DNA of 64,000 nucleotides from contig JALHMH010000006.1 of the NCBI GenBank assembly GCA_022844165.1, positions 1-64,000 on the forward strand. Direction: 5' to 3'. A program made the position numbers and the translations under genes. The notes under the pieces were generated by a model. That model was given only the letters and a program-made list of their open reading frames with translations, ran no database searches and was not told the DNA's origin. Positions 59,302-64,000 of the stretch are shown here, piece by piece. Origin of the DNA: Lysobacterales bacterium (GTDB taxonomy: Bacteria; Pseudomonadota; Gammaproteobacteria; Xanthomonadales; SZUA-5). The first letter of the stretch is position 1; every line of letters begins with the position of its first letter.

Positions 59302-59483
59302 GAGTCCTTGATGAAGCTGGATCTTGTCATTTGAGTCAAATTTTCGTCGGTGCGGCTTTGGCTGTTGAAGCCCCCTTGAGTACAAGGGGGCGATTGAGCG
59401 CGCAGCGCTCAATGGGGGTTTTGGCAAGTACGGTGTCTGGCGAAGCCAACAATGCTCGGCGGTCTGAGGCGAAGCCTCGCTAG
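59302..59483 (-). repeat. Modular palindromic repeat, A+C copy
   Basis: CTAGCGAGGCTTCGCCTC ... ATTGAGCGCTGCGCGCTCAAT ... CCCCCTTGTACTCAAGGGGG ... AAATTTGACTCAAAT ... TCAAGGACTC. Confidence 0.85.
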
Positions 59484-59698
59484 GGTGTTTACGGCCAGTC
59501 AGTCCATCCGATGAGCCAGATCGAGTGTCGTATCAAAGGTCTCGCCGCTGTGCATCGCCAATCGCAGCAACATCATCAGCGCCTCGCTATCGAGCAAGGC
59601 GCGAACACAAAACCCACGCGACGGGCACCGTCGATGCGCACAAAAACGCGTTTTCTCATCCTGGAAGCCTCATTAGGCGGCCGGCAGTCGACGAGGGC

Positions 59699-60646
59699 TC
59701 AACCACGACGAGCCGCTCGCTTTCTGGTGCCGTTCGGCCTCGCTGCCGCCGTGGTCTTGGTCGGTGCAGCCCTGGCCTTTGCGCTTGCCTTTTTTGCGGG
59801 CTTGGTTTTGGCCTTGCCCTCGACTTTGGCCTTCGTTTTGGTTTTTGCCGCTTTGGGTGGCGGCGGATCGTCGGCCTTGGGCGCCAGCTTGCCGAAGTCG
59901 GGCAGACTCGGGAGCAAACCAGAGACGCGCCCAACCCACGACTTTGCCGATTCTTGAACTTGATCGATCGCGGTGCGCGCGGCGCTCGTTGCCCATTCGA
60001 CCAGCGTGCTCTCGTCGATATTGGTGACCTGTTTCATCAGCTTTGGCCACTCTTCCAATTCGGCATCGCGGAACTTGGCGACCGCTTGCGCGCGCATGCC
60101 GACGGCGTGCGTCAGCGCTATGTTCTTGGTCGCAGCGGTGGCGATGTTGGTGATCGGCAACGCGCGCTTGAGGACGAAGCCGCCGATGACGGCGCCCGCG
60201 TAACGCTTCAGCAATTTGGTGACGATGCTGGACGCGTGCGTCGCGCCGACGTTTGTCGCTGCGATCGCGAGGATCGAAAAGCGCTCTCCCGCTTCACCCA
60301 GATCGACCTCATAAACGGCAAAGGTCTCGAGAACCAATTCCGCTTGCAATGCAACAACGGTTGCGGTGTCGATCACCGGGCCCAAAAACATGCCGGCAAT
60401 TTTTCCAGCACCCGGCAACAGTTCCATCGTCGCAGACAGCGCGCCGATCGCACCTGCCTGCAAACACTTGCTTTGCACCAACAATCGGTGCAGCTCCTCG
60501 GGTTCCGCGTCGGGCATACGTTTGCGCAGCGCGGCGACACGTGCCTTGATCGCGGCACGATCCGCCTTGCGTAGGCTCTTCCACAGCGCTTGGGCGGCGT
60601 CGGGCAACATGCGCGTGTCCTGATCGAGGATGACGGTTGCCATCAT
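59699..60646 (-). CDS. EcsC-like protein with Lys/Ala-rich C-terminal tail
   Basis: KCLQAGAIGALSA..LPGAG, LQAELVLE.FAVY; tail KAAKTKTKAK...; start uncertain. Confidence 0.6.
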   Translation of the reverse strand: MMATVILDQDTRMLPDAAQALWKSLRKADRAAIKARVAALRKRMPDAEPEELHRLLVQSKCLQAGAIGALSATMELLPGAGKIAGMFLGPVIDTATVVALQAELVLETFAVYEVDLGEAGERFSILAIAATNVGATHASSIVTKLLKRYAGAVIGGFVLKRALPITNIATAATKNIALTHAVGMRAQAVAKFRDAELEEWPKLMKQVTNIDESTLVEWATSAARTAIDQVQESAKSWVGRVSGLLPSLPDFGKLAPKADDPPPPKAAKTKTKAKVEGKAKTKPAKKASAKARAAPTKTTAAARPNGTRKRAARRG

Positions 60647-60717
60647 CGGTCGAACGGGCGACCGGGGCAATGGGCAATCGTTGCTCCTTTGCGCCGACGC
60701 GCGACTGCCAGTTGCGC

Positions 60718-61974
60718 TCAGACTCGATCGAGAATCGCATAGAAAAACCCGTCCTCGTCGTGTTCGCCCGGCAGATTCTGTTGCCCGGCACCGGCGTCGA
60801 AGCCCCATGCAGCAAACGGTACCGGTGCCAACCGCGCCTCGGGTGTACGCGCCAGAAATGCGGCGATCTGATCGCCGTTTTCGGCGCGCAGTATCGAGCA
60901 GGTCGCATACACCAGACGACCGCCGGGTTTCAGCTTTCGCCACAGCGCATCGAGCAACCGCCGTTGCTCCTCGACCAGCGCGCCGACGTCGCTGGCACGG
61001 CGCAGCAGCTTGATATCCGGATGGCGGCGAATCACCCCGGTGCCGGTGCAAGGTGCATCGATCACGATGCGATCGAAGTCCGTATCGAAGAGGGTGGTCG
61101 CGGCATCGCCAACCAACACTTGGGCGTCGACGCGGCAGCGCTCGAAGGTATCGCGCAGGCGTCCGATGCGTGCAGCATCGCGATCGATGGCGGTCAACAA
61201 CAAGCCGGGAACGGCTTCAACCAGTGCGGCGGCTTTGCCACCGGGCGCCGCGCACGCATCGAGCACGCGCTGGCCGGCGCGCGCAGCGACGGCGGCGACG
61301 ATGCGCTGCGCGGCGGCGTCTTGCACTGATACCGCGCCGAGCGCAAAGTCTGGGAGACGCTCGATCGCAACGGGCGTCACTAATTTCAACGCGTGCGGCG
61401 GATCGTCTGGCATCTCAGCGGCGATGCCGCTCTGCGCCAGGCGCTCGCGATAAAGCTCGCGCCCTGGTCCGCGTGCGTCGATGCGCAACCACATCGGCGG
61501 CGCCTGGTTGGCGGCGGCACAAATCGCCTCCAGGTGCCCTGGCCAATCGCGCGCGATGGCTTCCAGCAACCACGTCGGGTGCTCGTAGCGAGCCTCTGCG
61601 GCTTCCATGGCATGCGCCTCAAGCGCGCTGCGCTCACGCTGAAAACGGCGCAGTACCGCGTTAACGAAACCGGCTGCGCTGGCCTGGATCGATCGCGCGC
61701 CTGCGACGCTCTCGTTCACCGCCGCGTGTGCGGGTGTCGCCAGGAATCGCAACTCGGTCAACGCAACATGCAACAGCGCCAGGATCAGCGGCTTGGGCCG
61801 GCGCTCGCAGAGTTCTTCAATGATCGCCGCGGTGGAAAAATGCTGGCGGCAGGCAGCGTACAGCAGCGCCTGCGCGAATGGCCGGTCGTCAGCTGCGAAT
61901 GTCGCCAGGGCTTGATCGAGGTTGGCGCCATCGAAAATCCGTTTCAGGGCGCGTGCGAGGTTGGCGCGAAGCAT
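60718..61974 (-). CDS. rsmB: 16S rRNA m5C967 methyltransferase
   Basis: VQD, LDACAAPGGK, DAPCTGTGVIRRHPD, VYATCS, DGFFYA. Confidence 0.96.
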   Translation of the reverse strand: MLRANLARALKRIFDGANLDQALATFAADDRPFAQALLYAACRQHFSTAAIIEELCERRPKPLILALLHVALTELRFLATPAHAAVNESVAGARSIQASAAGFVNAVLRRFQRERSALEAHAMEAAEARYEHPTWLLEAIARDWPGHLEAICAAANQAPPMWLRIDARGPGRELYRERLAQSGIAAEMPDDPPHALKLVTPVAIERLPDFALGAVSVQDAAAQRIVAAVAARAGQRVLDACAAPGGKAAALVEAVPGLLLTAIDRDAARIGRLRDTFERCRVDAQVLVGDAATTLFDTDFDRIVIDAPCTGTGVIRRHPDIKLLRRASDVGALVEEQRRLLDALWRKLKPGGRLVYATCSILRAENGDQIAAFLARTPEARLAPVPFAAWGFDAGAGQQNLPGEHDEDGFFYAILDRV

Positions 61975-61987
61975 GATGGAGTGCGGG

Positions 61988-62893
61988 CTAACGCGAGCCG
62001 CGCGCGTTGACGAAGTCCGCAGCGTCGATCACGCGCCCACCGGCACGCTGCAATTTCAGAATCGCCAGAGCGCCTTGACCGCACGCGATCACCAATCGGC
62101 TGCGCGAATGGCGCACGATTTCGCCCGGTGTGCCGCTGGCTTCGACGGGTTCCGCCGCGTGGATACGCACGCGCTCGCCGTCGATGACGGCTTCGGCGAT
62201 CGGCCAGGGGTTGAATGCGCGAATCTTGCGATCGATCGCCACTGCGCTCGCTGTCCAGTCGATCGATGCTTCGGCTTTGTCGATTTTGTGCGCGTATTCG
62301 ATGCCCTCGCTCGATTGCGTGCGCGGTATCAGTTCAATGCCGGATTGCACATCGAGCAGTGCTTGACGCAGCACTCCGGCGCCGAGTTGCGCCAGACGAT
62401 CGTGCAGGCTCGCCGAAGTGTCGTCCGCGGCGATAGGCGTGCGCACTTCGCGCAGCACTGGCCCGGTGTCGAGGCCCGCTTCCATCTGCATCAAATCCAC
62501 GCCCGTTTCCGCGTCGCCCGCCAAAATCGCGCGCTGAATGGGCGCCGCACCGCGCCAGCGCGGCAACAGGCTCGCATGCAAATTCCAGGCGCCGCGGGTT
62601 GGCATCGCCAGCACCGCTTTGGGCAAGATCAAACCGTAGGCCACCACGACCATCAGATCTGCACGGTACGCCGCGAGCGATTCCTGGACTTCAGCAGGTT
62701 TCAGTGATTCAGGCTGTTCGACGACAATGCCCGCGTCGATGGCGCGTTGTTTGACGGCGCTTGGCGTCAGCTGCCGACCGCGGCCCGCCGGGCGATCCGG
62801 CTGGGTGTACGCCGCAACACATTCGCAGGTGTCGAGTACCGCTTCGAACGCAGGCACTGAAAACGCCGGCGTGCCGGCGAAAATCACCCTCAT
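61988..62893 (-). CDS. fmt: Methionyl-tRNA formyltransferase
   Basis: [36 protein letters not shown]. Confidence 0.97.
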   Translation of the reverse strand: MRVIFAGTPAFSVPAFEAVLDTCECVAAYTQPDRPAGRGRQLTPSAVKQRAIDAGIVVEQPESLKPAEVQESLAAYRADLMVVVAYGLILPKAVLAMPTRGAWNLHASLLPRWRGAAPIQRAILAGDAETGVDLMQMEAGLDTGPVLREVRTPIAADDTSASLHDRLAQLGAGVLRQALLDVQSGIELIPRTQSSEGIEYAHKIDKAEASIDWTASAVAIDRKIRAFNPWPIAEAVIDGERVRIHAAEPVEASGTPGEIVRHSRSRLVIACGQGALAILKLQRAGGRVIDAADFVNARGSR

Positions 62894-63393
62894 GCGGCTT
62901 GCCGACGGCGCTTGTCGAGCTTGCGCTGCACCATTTGCCGTTTCAGTGGCGACAAATAGTCGACGAACACCTTACCGGCCAGATGGTCCATTTCGTGTTG
63001 GATACAAACCGCGAGCAAACCCGATGCTGCGATGCGCTGCGGCTGGCCGTGGCGATCCAGGCATTCGACGACGATGTGATCGGCGCGATCGACGTCGGCA
63101 AAAATGCCGGGCACCGACAGGCAGCCCTCCTGATAGGTTTGCACGCCCTCGCGTTCGACGATTTTCGGGTTGATGACCACCAGCGGCTGGTCTTTGTTCT
63201 CGCTGACGTCCATGACGATCAGCTGGCGATGATCATCGACTTGTGTGGCTGCCAGGCCAATGCCTGGCGCGGCGTACATGGTTTCGAACATGTCGTCGAT
63301 GCGCGTTTGCAGGGCGGCATCGAATTCCGCGATGGGTTTGGCGACCGTACGCAAACGTTCGTCGGGAAACTCGAGAATCGTTAGAAGGGCCAT
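62890..63393 (-). CDS. def: Peptide deformylase
   Basis: [21 protein letters not shown]. Confidence 0.97.
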   Translation of the reverse strand: MALLTILEFPDERLRTVAKPIAEFDAALQTRIDDMFETMYAAPGIGLAATQVDDHRQLIVMDVSENKDQPLVVINPKIVEREGVQTYQEGCLSVPGIFADVDRADHIVVECLDRHGQPQRIAASGLLAVCIQHEMDHLAGKVFVDYLSPLKRQMVQRKLDKRRRQAA

Positions 63394-63500
63394 AGCGTTG
63401 GACTCCAGTTGCTGCCGCACAGCTTGGGGCGATTGGGTAGAAGTTTCAAGGCCCGGCCGAGTTCGTGGTCGGATTTGCGTCGGGTACAGAGAGATCTGCC

Positions 63501-64000
63501 TTAGCCTCGGAATCCGGGCATTCCACCAAAACCACCGCCGCCACCCAGGCCCTTGAGGGCGCGCAGCATGCCGCGCATGCCGCCGCCGGAGAGCTTTTTC
63601 ATCATCTTTTCCATCGTCATGTACTGCTTCATCAGCTTGTTCACATCCGATGGGTGCGTGCCCGAACCCTTGGCGATGCGCGCGCGCCGCGAGCCATTCA
63701 AGAGATCAGGAAAGCGCCGTTCCTTCTTGGTCATCGAGTTGATGATCGCGATCATCTTGCGCACTTCTTTGTCGCCCATGGCACCAACCGCGGATGGATC
63801 GTCGATTTTCGGCAACATCGGCATCTTGTCCATCAACTGCGCCATGCCGCCCATGCCCTGCATCTGCTGCAGCTGATCGCGCATATCCGATAGATCGAAC
63901 TTCTTGCCGCTGACCACTTTTTTGGCCAGCTTCTCCATCGTGTCCTGATCGGCCTTGCGCGTCACATCCTCGATCAGCGACATCACGTCGCCCATGCCCA
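63501..64000 (-). CDS. ffh: Signal recognition particle protein, C-terminal M domain (partial; 5' end outside window)
   Basis: [29 protein letters not shown], Met-rich tail. Confidence 0.95.
   Translation of the reverse strand, partial: GMGDVMSLIEDVTRKADQDTMEKLAKKVVSGKKFDLSDMRDQLQQMQGMGGMAQLMDKMPMLPKIDDPSAVGAMGDKEVRKMIAIINSMTKKERRFPDLLNGSRRARIAKGSGTHPSDVNKLMKQYMTMEKMMKKLSGGGMRGMLRALKGLGGGGGFGGMPGFRG

Noticed and set aside
59511-59957. Hydrophobic 148-aa plus-strand ORF
   Set aside because: The hydrophobicity is the antisense reading of the Lys/Ala-rich tail of the EcsC-like gene.

Overview
GC-rich bacterial chromosomal window whose gene content and repeats suggest a Xanthomonadales/Rhodanobacteraceae-like gammaproteobacterium (inference). 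It holds about 50 CDSs. Housekeeping genes: recQ, plsB, folA, aroQ-accB-accC, coaE, and ffh (partial)-def-fmt-rsmB. Transport and envelope: TetA-type MFS, RND pump + MFP, TonB-dependent receptor, orphan GspF, OmpA-family protein. Also present: an extracytosolic flavinylation cluster (cupredoxin, TlpA, DUF4266, DUF3570, ApbE), two type II toxin-antitoxin pairs, a LytS/LytTR pair and several secreted proteins. I saw no rRNA, tRNA, CRISPR array or intact transposase. Most unusual observations: (1) a homodimeric 2-oxoacid dehydrogenase E1 (MdeB/AceE type) with a 70-aa in-frame insertion that looks like sigma-70 region 4 (the -35-binding HTH); (2) a modular, hairpin-rich, CTAG-bounded repeat family at six loci, which supplies ribosome-binding sites, overlaps stop codons, and in one case adds 52 codons in frame ahead of a lipoprotein signal peptide; (3) a decayed TIR-domain frame running in phase behind the apbE stop codon. 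All family assignments come from motif recognition by eye; no searches were run.
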